Source: Armatimonadota bacterium (lineage in GTDB: Bacteria > Bacillota > Desulfotomaculia > Desulfotomaculales > Nap2-2B). From it: DNA of 64,000 bases. The position numbers and the translations under genes are program-made. Positions 44,062 to 53,679 of the stretch are shown here, piece by piece (the stretch's first letter is position 1; each line of letters begins with the position of its first letter). The notes below the pieces were generated by a model. It searched no databases and was not told the DNA's origin. It saw only the letters and a program-made list of their open reading frames with translations. Location: the NCBI GenBank assembly GCA_023511535.1, contig JAIMBK010000009.1, positions 643 to 64,642 of the forward strand, given 5' to 3'.

Positions 44062-45216
44062 TTACACCCCCAGGTACCTGGAGATCACGATCCGCTGGAT
44101 CTCCGAGGTACCTTCGCCGATTTCCAGGATTTTTTGGTCGCGGTAGAATCTCTCCACGTCGTATTCTTTCATCAGGCCATAACCGCCGTGGAGCTGAACG
44201 GCGTGGTTCGCGACGCGGTGGAAAACTTCGGAGCAGACCAGCTTCGCCATGGCGGCTTCCCTGGCAAACGGCTTTCCCTGTTCCCGGAGCCAGCAGGCTT
44301 TATACAGAAGGAGCCTGGCCATTTCGATTTCCGTGGCCATGTCGGCCAGTTTAAAGGCGTTTACCTGGAACTTGCCGATCGGCCGGCCGAACTGGATTCT
44401 TTCCTGGGAGTATTTCAGGGCTTTTTCAAAAGCTCCCTGGGCTCCGCCCAGGCCCATGGCGCCGATGCTCAATCTGCCCCCGTCCAGGGTGGCCAGCATC
44501 TGGTGGAACCCTTCGCCCTTTTTGCCCAGCAGGTTTCCCGCCGGCACCCGGCAGTCTTCGAAGTACAGTTCGCTGGTATTAGAGGCCCGCCACACCAATT
44601 TGCCGTGCATCGGCTTCTGGATAAAACCGGGGGAGCCTTTGCTCACCAGGATGCAGCTCAATTCGTTTTTGCCGTCCGGCCTTTTACCCGTCACCGCCTG
44701 CACTGTGACCACTTCGCTGATGTCTGTGGAGGCGTTGGTAATAAAAATTTTACTGCCGTTGATCACCCACTCGTTTCCTTCCAGCCTGGCGGTGGTCCGG
44801 GAAGCCCCGGCGTCGGAGCCGGCATTGGGTTCGGTGAGACCGAAGCCGGCCAGGATTTCGCCCCGGCACAGCCTGGGCAGCCATTTTCTTTTTTGCTCTT
44901 CGTTGCCGAAATAATAGATGGGGGCAATCCCCAGGGAATTGCCGGCGGCAATGGTAGCCGCCTGGGAACCGTCCACTCTGGCCAGTTCTTCTACGGCGAT
45001 GATATAAGAGATGTAGCCGACATTGGAGCCCCCGTATTCTTCGGAAACAAACATGCCAAACAGGCCGAGTTCGCCCATTTTTTTGGTCAACTCGTAGGAA
45101 AATTCCTCTTTTTCGTCCAGTTCTCTGGCCACCGGGGCGATTTCTTTTTCGGCAAACTCCCGCACCGTTTTTCTTAATAATTCTTGTTCCTCAGTTAATT
45201 CAAAACACAGCGCCAT
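44062..45216 (-). CDS. acyl-CoA dehydrogenase (short/butyryl-CoA type)
   Basis: GLTEPNAGSD, FITNA, C-terminal QLHGGYGLMKEYDVERFYRDQKILEIGEGTSEIQR. Confidence 0.93.
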   Translation of the reverse strand: MALCFELTEEQELLRKTVREFAEKEIAPVARELDEKEEFSYELTKKMGELGLFGMFVSEEYGGSNVGYISYIIAVEELARVDGSQAATIAAGNSLGIAPIYYFGNEEQKRKWLPRLCRGEILAGFGLTEPNAGSDAGASRTTARLEGNEWVINGSKIFITNASTDISEVVTVQAVTGKRPDGKNELSCILVSKGSPGFIQKPMHGKLVWRASNTSELYFEDCRVPAGNLLGKKGEGFHQMLATLDGGRLSIGAMGLGGAQGAFEKALKYSQERIQFGRPIGKFQVNAFKLADMATEIEMARLLLYKACWLREQGKPFAREAAMAKLVCSEVFHRVANHAVQLHGGYGLMKEYDVERFYRDQKILEIGEGTSEIQRIVISRYLGV

Positions 45217-45423
45217 TGAAAAAGTCTCCTTCCGGGGATTAATTCTGGATTAATCCTTTAAGGTTGCCTTTGCCTTTAGTTTATGCAACTTGTAACTTAT
45301 GCAATTTTTGTACCAGGAGATAATATTTATTTTGAGGCAAGCCGGGCGGGGTGATTGTTTACCTTTTCCGGGGGGTATATATTTACCGGATGTTTAAGTG
45401 TATACCCCTGTTAGCATTTAAGT

Positions 45424-45465
45424 TAAAGATCAGGCACAAAGTTTCGCAGGCACAAAGTTATTCCC
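45424..45465 (+). repeat. MITE-like element, partial copy A4
   Basis: TAAAGATCAGGCACAAAGTTTCGCAGGCACAAAGTTATTCC. A 19-nt run, AAAGATCAGGCACAAAGTT, is identical to 12288-12306. Confidence 0.7.
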
Positions 45466-45677
45466 GGGATAATTCCCTTTGTCAATTAGATGTGAGCCTC
45501 TCAAACTTTAGGAGACGCTTTGTGTTCCCCGTTTCTTCCCGTTTCCTCCGGGAGTGTCACAATATTCGCTCCGTGGCCCGATTGGCTCACACCCCCTGTG
45601 CCTTACTACCGCAGTGTTTTTTGGTTTTAATCACCTGTTGGTGCCGTGAATAAGTGGCATCAGGGTTTTTTCCAACC

Positions 45678-46919
45678 CTACTTTTCCTTTATTTGAAACA
45701 GGTGAAACACGGTGGTACGGTCCCAGCCGATATCCCAGGGGCAGTGGTAGCGATCAGCGGTGTGGGCGTTGACCAGCGGGTAGCCCCTGGAATCGAAGCC
45801 GGTGACCACGGCGAAATGCTGGATGTCGTGCTTTTCTTCGTAAGCGATGAGGTCCCCCGCTTGCAATTCCCGGACGGCGCTCCGCGGAAATTTCGGGCCG
45901 GGCAAACCCACCTCCGGAAAGGTTCCTTTGGCCAGGCGAACGGCACGCCCCCCGGACAAAAGCCAGAAGGCAAAGGAGTCGGTCTGAACCCAGGCGGTAC
46001 TTCCGCAACCCCCGCGCCCGTCGTAGCGATAATACCAGACGGAATCCATCGGCAACTTCCCCCCCTCCCGGTCGCCCAGCACCTGGGAAACGAAATTCGT
46101 ACAATCGCCGCCGCGGCCGTTTAAGTCCCGGTAGCGGGGATTGTATTTTCTCTCTCCGTCAATGACGGCCAGACCGGCAAATCGATCCGCGTACCGGACG
46201 GCCCCGGCGCGGTCGTAAACCAGGTTTGGGGAGGCGCTGGTATTGGAAGGGGTGCCGTTGTTGGGATCGTTGCTCAAAACAATGTTTAAATCGGCGCTGC
46301 CGTCGGCCGGAAAGGGCTTCGGAACGAGCGTGTCGTCACCCAGGGGATCCGTGTACCAGTCCCGTTGAACAAGCCAGAGACCGTTTTTCTTCACCAGCCG
46401 GACGGAGTGGCGCGTGCCGATGCCGAAGCGGTTTACCCGGTCTTTCTCATCGGGGTACTGGTAGCCGAGGACAAGGGTTTGCCAGACATTAAATTCGGCT
46501 GATTCTTTTTGCAGTTTCGACCATTTCACGTCCAGGTTCACTTTTGCTTCTCCAATCCGGACGCCGCGTTTTTTTGCCCAGTTTTGCATGTAGGCGATTT
46601 TGGTTTGTTCGTGGGAAAGCGCCCACCGGCCGAGCCTGGCTTCCTGGTCGTAAAGGGGGACGATCTTTTCCGGATCGGCTCCCGTGAGAAGAGCATTTGC
46701 CCTGGTTACATAGATCTCCTGCAGCCTGGGCAGGAGACTTTCCAGGGAAGGGGCTTCTTTTTCCTTGCTCCCGGCGGCCGGTTTTCGTTCGGAGGTTTCG
46801 GCAATGAAAAAAGGGGCGGCGGAAGGAGGGACCGCCGGCAGGGGAAAAAATAAAAAGTTGCCCAGCGCAAAAATCACGGAGAGAACGACGAGAAAAAAAG
46901 ATAACCCGGACATTTTCAC
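45678..46919 (-). CDS. membrane-anchored putative amidase-domain protein (Amidase_6-like)
   Basis: N-terminal TM helix. The C-terminal region with GGDCTNFVSQVL ... GDLIAYE ... HFAVVTG ... HTADRY resembles the papain-like putative amidase domain. Confidence 0.6.
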   Translation of the reverse strand: MKMSGLSFFLVVLSVIFALGNFLFFPLPAVPPSAAPFFIAETSERKPAAGSKEKEAPSLESLLPRLQEIYVTRANALLTGADPEKIVPLYDQEARLGRWALSHEQTKIAYMQNWAKKRGVRIGEAKVNLDVKWSKLQKESAEFNVWQTLVLGYQYPDEKDRVNRFGIGTRHSVRLVKKNGLWLVQRDWYTDPLGDDTLVPKPFPADGSADLNIVLSNDPNNGTPSNTSASPNLVYDRAGAVRYADRFAGLAVIDGERKYNPRYRDLNGRGGDCTNFVSQVLGDREGGKLPMDSVWYYRYDGRGGCGSTAWVQTDSFAFWLLSGGRAVRLAKGTFPEVGLPGPKFPRSAVRELQAGDLIAYEEKHDIQHFAVVTGFDSRGYPLVNAHTADRYHCPWDIGWDRTTVFHLFQIKEK

Positions 46920-47106
46920 ATCGCAGCCTCTTTCTTTTTGCTCATATTATTTCCGGGCGGAACAAAGACCTTGCCAGGAACTAAAAGGCAAGGCAGGCAG
47001 CTGTTTTCACCCGGCGGAGCGGGCAGTACCGGGTGATGAAAATTTAAACGCCCGGTTTCCTTTTTCTGTCTTCAAAATTAAAATTTTTTCATTCACAGTA
47101 CATTGC

Positions 47107-47135
47107 TTGTTATTTTTTTGTATCTATGCTATAAT
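47107..47135 (+). promoter_or_regulatory. sigma-A type promoter (extended -10) of the rpsF-ssb-rpsR operon
   Basis: TTGTTA (47107-47112), 17-nt spacer ending in TGC, TATAAT (47130-47135). It is followed by a roughly 120-nt GC-rich structured leader. Confidence 0.6.
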
Positions 47136-47256
47136 CTCCTCGTCAGTTTTCACCCTGCTCTACTGATTGTTTTATCCCTTGCCGGCGGCAGGTGCGGCGC
47201 CGGCCGGCAGCTGTTGCAGTAGGGCCGTTTAGTCCAGAGGGGGAGGTGCAGGCAAT

Positions 47257-47544
47257 TTGACGAACTACGAGGCCATGTTCATTTTGCGGCCTGACCTGGA
47301 GGAGGAGAAAGTTGCCGAAATCATGGACAGGTTCAGGACGCTGGTGGAAAATCGCGGCGGGGAAGTCACCAGGCTGGAAAAATGGGGAAAGCGCCGCCTG
47401 GCCTACGAGATCCAGCACCTGCGGGAAGGTCTGTATATTATTCTCAGGTTCAAGGGAAATACCGAAATCGTGCAGGAGCTGGACCGCGTCTTTAAAATCA
47501 GCGACGAAGTAATCCGCCACATGATCGTCCGCACGGCGGCCTGA
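47257..47544 (+). CDS. rpsF: 30S ribosomal protein S6
   Basis: YEAMFILRPDL ... WGKRRLAYEI. TTG start. Confidence 0.94.
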   Translation: MTNYEAMFILRPDLEEEKVAEIMDRFRTLVENRGGEVTRLEKWGKRRLAYEIQHLREGLYIILRFKGNTEIVQELDRVFKISDEVIRHMIVRTAA

Positions 47545-47597
47545 AAAAGAAGGGACGAAGAGACAAAGAAAAAAGAACAAACCAAGGCGGTGAAAAA

Positions 47598-48008
47598 ATG
47601 CTGAACAGGGTTATTTTAATCGGCCGGCTGGCCAGAGAACCCGAACTTCGCTACACCCCGAACGGAACGGCGGTAACCAGGCTGGTTATTGCGGTGGACC
47701 GGCCTTTTACCAACCGGCAGGGAGAGCGCGAGGCAGATTTCATCGACATCGTGGTTTGGCAAAAGCAGGCGGAAACCTGCGCAAATTATCTGGGCAAGGG
47801 GAGGCTGGTTGCCGTTGAAGGGCGCCTCCAGATTCGCTCTTACGACGACAGCCAGGGCATCCGCCGGCGGGTGGCGGAAGTAGTGGCGGACAACGTCCGC
47901 TTTCTGGACCGCCCGAAAGAGGGCTCCGGAGGAGAGCAGCCGTCCACGCTGGCCGAAGGAAGCCTGGGCGAAGATATTCCTTTTAACGAAGATGAAGTGC
48001 CATTTTAA
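47598..48008 (+). CDS. ssb: single-stranded DNA-binding protein
   Basis: OB-fold [23 protein letters not shown]. Acidic C-terminal tip [11 protein letters not shown]. Confidence 0.94.
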   Translation: MLNRVILIGRLAREPELRYTPNGTAVTRLVIAVDRPFTNRQGEREADFIDIVVWQKQAETCANYLGKGRLVAVEGRLQIRSYDDSQGIRRRVAEVVADNVRFLDRPKEGSGGEQPSTLAEGSLGEDIPFNEDEVPF

Positions 48009-48031
48009 GCAGCAGGGGGTGGAACGTAAAA

Positions 48032-48268
48032 TTGGCTGGAAAACGGGAGAAAGGCCGGAAGGGCAAGAAACGTATCTGCAGTTTTTGCGTGGATAAAATT
48101 GCCCTGATCGATTATAAAGACGTGCCGCGCCTGAAAAAATACATCACTGAGCGGGGGAAAATCCTGCCCCGGAGGATTTCCGGCAATTGTGCCTGGCACC
48201 AGCGGATGCTGACCACGGCCATTAAAAGGGCGCGGATCATGGCTTTGTTGCCCTTTACCGCGGAATAG
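48032..48268 (+). CDS. rpsR: 30S ribosomal protein S18
   Basis: [43 protein letters not shown]. Confidence 0.94.
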   Translation: MAGKREKGRKGKKRICSFCVDKIALIDYKDVPRLKKYITERGKILPRRISGNCAWHQRMLTTAIKRARIMALLPFTAE

Positions 48269-48458
48269 TCTGTTTTAACCGGGTGCCCAATCAGAAGGTT
48301 GATAAAAAGGGGGACGTCAGTTCCCCTTTCTCGTTTCCTGCAGGCGTTCTTTAATCAGCCAGACGGGCCAACAAATAACAGCATATTCCGCAGCAGGAAA
48401 ACGGGGGCGCCTTGCCGAATTAAAAAGTGGCTACCTGAAAACGAAAGGTGAAAGATCG

Positions 48459-48776
48459 ATGCACCCGCTTGAACAGGATACGGGCATTGCGAAAAATATC
48501 CGGGTAGTGGAATGGCTGAAAGCAGATCTGCTGACCTCCGTTTCAGCGCTTTTTAAAAGCATGCTGCGGGGCAGCGAGGAGTACATCCAGGATGCCCTGG
48601 CCAGCCTGATTATTACCTGCTACGTTTTGGGCCGGCGCCTGGGGGTGAGCTTTTCCCGGCTGGAACTGAAAATGGAATCCAAGCTCAGACAAAGTATCGG
48701 AGAGGATCATGAACTGGAAAGGTGGTATTCCGATCTTTCGACTCTGCTCAGTCACCTGTTAGAAAAAAAGAGGTGA
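48459..48776 (+). CDS. small conserved hypothetical protein (possibly MazG-like family)
   Basis: 105-aa ORF with coding-like composition, upstream of yybS. The family assignment is from memory of clostridial annotations only. Confidence 0.4.
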   Translation: MHPLEQDTGIAKNIRVVEWLKADLLTSVSALFKSMLRGSEEYIQDALASLIITCYVLGRRLGVSFSRLELKMESKLRQSIGEDHELERWYSDLSTLLSHLLEKKR

Positions 48777-48780
48777 TCCT

Positions 48781-49746
48781 TTGTCCGCCCAAGGGAAAAA
48801 CCAGGCCCTGGCGCAAGGGGCTTTTTTTGCAGCCGGCATGGCCGCCGCCGGCTTGCTGGCAATCCTGGTGCCGCCCTTATTTTTCCCGGCTGTTCTGTTT
48901 ATTCCCTTGCCCCTGGTGGTCCTGGTGCGTTGTTACGATCTCAAGACGGGGCTTTTTGCGGTCGTCATTTTTTGCGCACTGCTGTTTTTATTTGCCGGAT
49001 TTAATCCGGCCGGAATAATCCTGGTGCTGCAGACCGTCCCGCTGGGGCTTTTGCTGGGGCTGCTCTTGAAAAACCACGTCTCGCCGGGCGTCAGCATCGC
49101 TCTCGGCGCCCTCACGCTGACCGCCTTTGCCATGCTCGGGCTGGCCGTCTCCTTCTGGGCAACCGGGAACAATCCGCTGGCGGCCGGAGAGGAAATGGAG
49201 CAGGTCATGGAGAGGGCGGCGGATTGGTACACCCGCCTGGGCCTTACGGAGGAACTGCCCCGGAGCGAAGTGGAGCAGATCATTGCCCAAACGGCAAAGT
49301 TCGTCAGTCAGTTATTCCCCGCCCACCTGGTTACCCTGTGTATCTTAAGTGCTTTGTTTACGTATTTGCTGGCGAGGAAGGCGCTGCAGAAAATTGCCTG
49401 CCCGCTGCCGCCCCTGCCGCCGTTTGTCCGGTGGCAGTTTCCGTGGCAGACCAGTTGGGGCCTGATTGCCGGCCTGGTTTTAACTTTAGGCGGAGACGCC
49501 TTACATATATTACCAGCCGCCGTCCTGGGAAAAAATATTCTTTACGTTTCTGTTTTCCTTTACCTGATTGCCGGGCTGGCCGTCGCTGGCTTTTACCTGA
49601 CAAAATGGAAAGTTCCCGGACTGCTGAAGTTCTTTCTGCTCTTTTTTGCCTTTTTCTACCTGCCGCTGGCTGCCGCCGTGATCGCCCTGCTCGGTGTAAT
49701 GGATTCCTTTCTTAATTTGCGACGTTCAATGGAGGGGAAAAAATGA
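48781..49746 (+). CDS. yybS: DUF2232-family integral membrane protein (YybS-like)
   Basis: Polytopic membrane protein. Conserved position upstream of rplI in Firmicutes. Confidence 0.7.
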   Translation: MSAQGKNQALAQGAFFAAGMAAAGLLAILVPPLFFPAVLFIPLPLVVLVRCYDLKTGLFAVVIFCALLFLFAGFNPAGIILVLQTVPLGLLLGLLLKNHVSPGVSIALGALTLTAFAMLGLAVSFWATGNNPLAAGEEMEQVMERAADWYTRLGLTEELPRSEVEQIIAQTAKFVSQLFPAHLVTLCILSALFTYLLARKALQKIACPLPPLPPFVRWQFPWQTSWGLIAGLVLTLGGDALHILPAAVLGKNILYVSVFLYLIAGLAVAGFYLTKWKVPGLLKFFLLFFAFFYLPLAAAVIALLGVMDSFLNLRRSMEGKK

Positions 49747-50189
49747 AGGTTATTTTAATGGCGGACGTGAAAAATTTAGGCAAAAAGGGAGACCTGGTCC
49801 AGGTTGCCGATGGGTACGCGCGCAATTACCTTTTGCCCAGGGGGCTGGCTTTGGTAGCCACGGAAGACAAAGTAAAACAGCTCGCCCGGCAGCGGGACGG
49901 CGCAGCCCGAAGGAAGATGAAGGAAGAGGAAAGATCCAGAGAACTGGCGGCCCGCCTGGACGGCCTGACGGTACGGGTTTACGGCAAAGCAGGCGAGCGG
50001 GGCAGGCTCTTTGGTTCGGTCAACAACAAGGACATTGCCGAAGCCCTGCAAAAGGAACACGGTATCGAAGTTGACAAAAGGAAGATTATCTTAAAGGAAC
50101 CAATTAAACAGTTGGGTACTTATCCTGTACAGGTCAGGCTGTACCCGCAGGTGGAAGCGCGCCTGACTGTTCAGGTGCTGGCAGGATAA
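49743..50189 (+). CDS. rplI: 50S ribosomal protein L9
   Basis: MKVILMADVKNLGKKGDLVQVADGYARNYLLPRGLA. Confidence 0.94.
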   Translation: MKVILMADVKNLGKKGDLVQVADGYARNYLLPRGLALVATEDKVKQLARQRDGAARRKMKEEERSRELAARLDGLTVRVYGKAGERGRLFGSVNNKDIAEALQKEHGIEVDKRKIILKEPIKQLGTYPVQVRLYPQVEARLTVQVLAG

Positions 50190-50252
50190 GCCGGGTAACT
50201 CCGGTCGCCAGGGCTGGTTCAAATTAAAATTTGCAGCAAGGAGATTTGACTG

Positions 50253-52160
50253 ATGAAATCATTGATGAAGAAGTTTAAATATACCGGCGAAGAACCCGGC
50301 TCCCGGTATCAGGGCGAGAAGCAGTTGGAGCGCCAGGTCAATGCTCTTTACGGCCTGGTCGCCAATTTATACGGCACCGATAAGCTGGTGCTAAGGGCGG
50401 GAAAGGTCAACGCGTTACAGCTGATGCGCTCGGAACACCTGGGGGAGCGCGTGCTGGCTTTGCAAAGGCTGGTTTTTGAAGATCCCACCATCGAGCAAAT
50501 TCCTGCGGCGAGGGAAATCCCGTCAATTTTAGGGTTGATTGAAGAAGAAATTGCCGAAATTCTAGCCCGGCGAACGGTGGAAGAGGAACTGGAAAGAAAG
50601 ATCAACGAGAAATTGCAGCAAAGGCATAAGGATTACGTACAGGAAATAAAAAACCAGGTACTGAAGGAAAACAGCGGCCCGGAAAACGCCCAAACGTTAA
50701 AAAAGCTGGCTATTTTTGAAAAGATGGAGCAAAAAAAGCTGGCCTGTTCGGCCATGGCCGTTTTGCGCCCGGCCAGTTTTGCGGAAATCGTGGGCCAGGA
50801 GAGAGCGGTAAAGGCCCTTTTGGCGAAAATGGCCTCTCCGTTCCCCCAGCACATCATCCTTTACGGCCCGCCGGGAGTAGGAAAAACAACCGCCGCCCGG
50901 CTGGCCCTGGAGGCGGCAAAAAAAATGGCCGCTTCCTCCTTCCGCGAGGACGCCCCCTTTGTGGAAGTGAGCGGGGCGACTCTGCGCTGGGACCCCCGGG
51001 AAGTTACCAATCCCCTGCTGGGCTCCGTTCACGATCCGATCTACCAGGGGGCCCGTCGCGATCTGGCCGAAAGCGGCGTACCCGAGCCGAAACCGGGCCT
51101 GGTTACCGAAGCCCACGGCGGGGTTCTGTTTATTGACGAAATCGGCGAAATGGACCCCCTCCTGCAGAACAAACTTTTAAAAGTCCTCGAAGATAAACGG
51201 GTATTTTTTGAGTCGTCGTACTACGACCCGCACGATCCCAATGTCCCCCAGTACGTCAAGAAATTATTTGAAGAAGGGGCACCGGCGGATTTCATTTTAA
51301 TCGGCGCCACCACCCGCGACTGCGAAGACATTAATCCCGCCCTGCGCTCCCGGTGCGCGGAAATCTTTTTCGAACCGCTGACCCCGCGGGACATCCGGCA
51401 GATCGTCGCCCAGGCGGCCCAAAAGCTCGGCGTCGCTCTGGAGGAAAAGGTTCCCCAGGTCATCAGCCAGTACACAATCGAAGGCCGCAAGGCCGTGAAC
51501 ATCCTGGCCGATGCCTACAGCCTGGCCTGGTACCGTCAGCAGGGGGAGCAAGCGATCCGGATTACAGTCGATGATGTCTACGAAGTGATCCAGTTGAGCC
51601 GCCTGGTCCTTTGCAATATCCGGAAAGTGTCGGCCGCCCGGGAAGTGGGCCGGATCTTCGGTCTGGGCGTGGCCGGCTACCTGGGTTCTCTAATTGAAAT
51701 TGAGGCCGTTGCCTTTCCCGCCCGGGAAGCGCGGCGGGGGAATCTGCGCTTTAACGACTCTGCCGGGTCGATGGCAAAGGATTCGGTCTTCAATGCTGCT
51801 TCCGTAATCCGGAAAATTTCCGGAAAGGACCTGGCGGATTACGACATCCACGTCAACGTGGTGGGCGGCGGGCGAATCGACGGACCTTCGGCCGGCCTGG
51901 CAATTTTCCTGGCCATCTTAAGCGCTCTGGAGGAGCGTCCGGTTCCCCAGGACCTCGCCGTGACCGGGGAATTGTCCATCCAGGGCCGGGTCCGGCCGGT
52001 GGGCGGCATTCCGGAAAAGATTTACGGGGCGCGCCAGGCGGGGATTAAGAAAGTGCTTGTTCCGGCCGAAAATTTACCCGAGGTGCCTTCTGATTTGACC
52101 GATCTGGAGGTCGTTCCGGTGGCCGCCGTGGAAGAAGTGCTGGCCCATGTTTTAAATTAG
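50253..52160 (+). CDS. Lon-family ATP-dependent protease (LonB/LonC-like, no N-terminal LAN domain)
   Basis: Walker A GPPGVGKTT, Walker B VLFIDEIGEM. C-terminal Lon proteolytic domain with DGPSAGLAIFLA (Ser) and GIKKVLVP (Lys). Confidence 0.82.
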   Translation: MKSLMKKFKYTGEEPGSRYQGEKQLERQVNALYGLVANLYGTDKLVLRAGKVNALQLMRSEHLGERVLALQRLVFEDPTIEQIPAAREIPSILGLIEEEIAEILARRTVEEELERKINEKLQQRHKDYVQEIKNQVLKENSGPENAQTLKKLAIFEKMEQKKLACSAMAVLRPASFAEIVGQERAVKALLAKMASPFPQHIILYGPPGVGKTTAARLALEAAKKMAASSFREDAPFVEVSGATLRWDPREVTNPLLGSVHDPIYQGARRDLAESGVPEPKPGLVTEAHGGVLFIDEIGEMDPLLQNKLLKVLEDKRVFFESSYYDPHDPNVPQYVKKLFEEGAPADFILIGATTRDCEDINPALRSRCAEIFFEPLTPRDIRQIVAQAAQKLGVALEEKVPQVISQYTIEGRKAVNILADAYSLAWYRQQGEQAIRITVDDVYEVIQLSRLVLCNIRKVSAAREVGRIFGLGVAGYLGSLIEIEAVAFPAREARRGNLRFNDSAGSMAKDSVFNAASVIRKISGKDLADYDIHVNVVGGGRIDGPSAGLAIFLAILSALEERPVPQDLAVTGELSIQGRVRPVGGIPEKIYGARQAGIKKVLVPAENLPEVPSDLTDLEVVPVAAVEEVLAHVLN

Positions 52161-52180
52161 GGGTTAGGGGTCAGACCTCC
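52157..52180 (+). repeat. heptamers TTAGGGG TTAGGGG TCAGACC TCC overlapping the protease stop codon
   Basis: TAG 52158-52160 is part of the first unit. Two repeat families (TTAGGGG and GACCTCC) are juxtaposed. Confidence 0.75.
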
Positions 52181-52305
52181 GCAGCGCTTTTTCGCGGCAC
52201 CAGCAGAGGATGTTTTTGTATATTGCAGAGGGTTTCTCATTGGGCCGACGTCCTTGAGCACGGTCCGGCCCGGCCCGACTTGCGAAAAATGATCGGGTGA
52301 AAAGT

Positions 52306-53679
52306 ATGCCGGAGGATAGGGAGAGGCTTCTTCCTCAAAATATCGACGCGGAGCAATCGGTCCTGGGCGCTCTTTTTATCGATCCCGGAGCCGTCTATAA
52401 GGTTGCGCGCTTTTTGCGCCCCGAGGATTTTTACCTGGAGGGCCACCGGCTGATTTACGAAGCCATGCTCAGTTTAGAAGAAGAAGGCCGGCCGGTGGAC
52501 TTGATCTCGGTCACGAACTGGTTAAGCGATCAAGGCGTTCTGGAAAAAATCGGCGGGGCCACTTACCTGGCTTCGCTGGCCGGCCTGATGCCCACCGCCG
52601 CCAACGTTGAGCACCACGCCCGCATCGTGGAGGAAAAGGCGCTTTTGCGCAGCCTCATTCAGATTGCTACGCGGATCGCGGGAATGGGGTACGAGGGAAC
52701 GGAGGACGTGGACCGTCTGATCGACGAGGCCGAAAAAATGTTGCTGGAATTGACGGCCCGGCGGTCTTCAGAGCTTTTTAGTTCCCTCCAGGATCTTTTG
52801 CTCCTGGTCTTAAAGCAGATCGAAGAGAGGTACCGCAACAAAGGCGCCATCAGCGGCGTGGCCAGCGGTTTTATCGATTTGGACCGGCTGTGCTGCGGCA
52901 TGCAGCCGGGCGACCTGATCATTGTCGCCGGCCGCCCGGCGATGGGCAAAACCAGTTTCGCCCTGACCATCGCCCACCAGATTGCCCTCCAGCAGCAGGT
53001 GCCGGTAGCTGTTTTCAGCCTGGAGATGTCCCGGGAACAGCTGGTGCAGCGGATTCTCTGCGCCGAGGCGATGGTGGACCAGCAAAAAGTGCGCAGCGGA
53101 TACCTCACGGATGGGGATTGGGCGCGGCTTACCCAGGCGGCCGCCCGGCTGGCCGGGGCTCCCCTGTACATCGATGATTCGGCACTCCTTTCCGTGCGGC
53201 AGGTCAGGGCAAAGGCCCGCCGTCTGCAGGCGGAAAAAGGCCTGGGTCTGATTGTAATTGATTATTTGCAGTTGATGCAGGCCGCCCGGCGGGCCGAAAA
53301 CCGCCAGCAGGAAATTACGGAAATCTCCCGTTCATTAAAGGGGATGGCCAAGGACCTGAACGTCCCCGTCCTGGCCCTGGCCCAGCTCAGCCGCCAGGTA
53401 GAGAGCCGAATGGATAAAAGGCCAATTATGTCAGATTTGAGAGAATCTGGATCACTTGAACAGGACGCGGACGTGGTGATGTTTATTTACCGCGACGAAT
53501 ATTACCGCCCGGATACGGAAAAAAGGGGGATTGCCGAAATTATTGTGGCCAAACAAAGAAACGGCCCCACCGGGGTGGTGGAGCTGGCTTTCTTGAAGGA
53601 ATTTACCCGCTTTATGAACCTGGCCAAACCGGAGGACTTGCCCGCAGGAGCAGGAAAACAGGACGACGTGCCGTATTAG
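52306..53679 (+). CDS. dnaB: replicative DNA helicase
   Basis: PQNIDAEQSVLGA, Walker A GRPAMGKTSFAL, IVIDYLQLM, ALAQLSRQVE, RNGPTG. Confidence 0.95.
   Translation: MPEDRERLLPQNIDAEQSVLGALFIDPGAVYKVARFLRPEDFYLEGHRLIYEAMLSLEEEGRPVDLISVTNWLSDQGVLEKIGGATYLASLAGLMPTAANVEHHARIVEEKALLRSLIQIATRIAGMGYEGTEDVDRLIDEAEKMLLELTARRSSELFSSLQDLLLLVLKQIEERYRNKGAISGVASGFIDLDRLCCGMQPGDLIIVAGRPAMGKTSFALTIAHQIALQQQVPVAVFSLEMSREQLVQRILCAEAMVDQQKVRSGYLTDGDWARLTQAAARLAGAPLYIDDSALLSVRQVRAKARRLQAEKGLGLIVIDYLQLMQAARRAENRQQEITEISRSLKGMAKDLNVPVLALAQLSRQVESRMDKRPIMSDLRESGSLEQDADVVMFIYRDEYYRPDTEKRGIAEIIVAKQRNGPTGVVELAFLKEFTRFMNLAKPEDLPAGAGKQDDVPY

Noticed and set aside
43981-45177. 398-aa ORF on the plus strand
   Set aside because: It lies entirely antisense to the well-supported acyl-CoA dehydrogenase gene. 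Its translation is low-complexity and Gly/Pro/Ala/Phe-rich with no recognisable motifs. This is a typical shadow ORF of GC-rich coding DNA.
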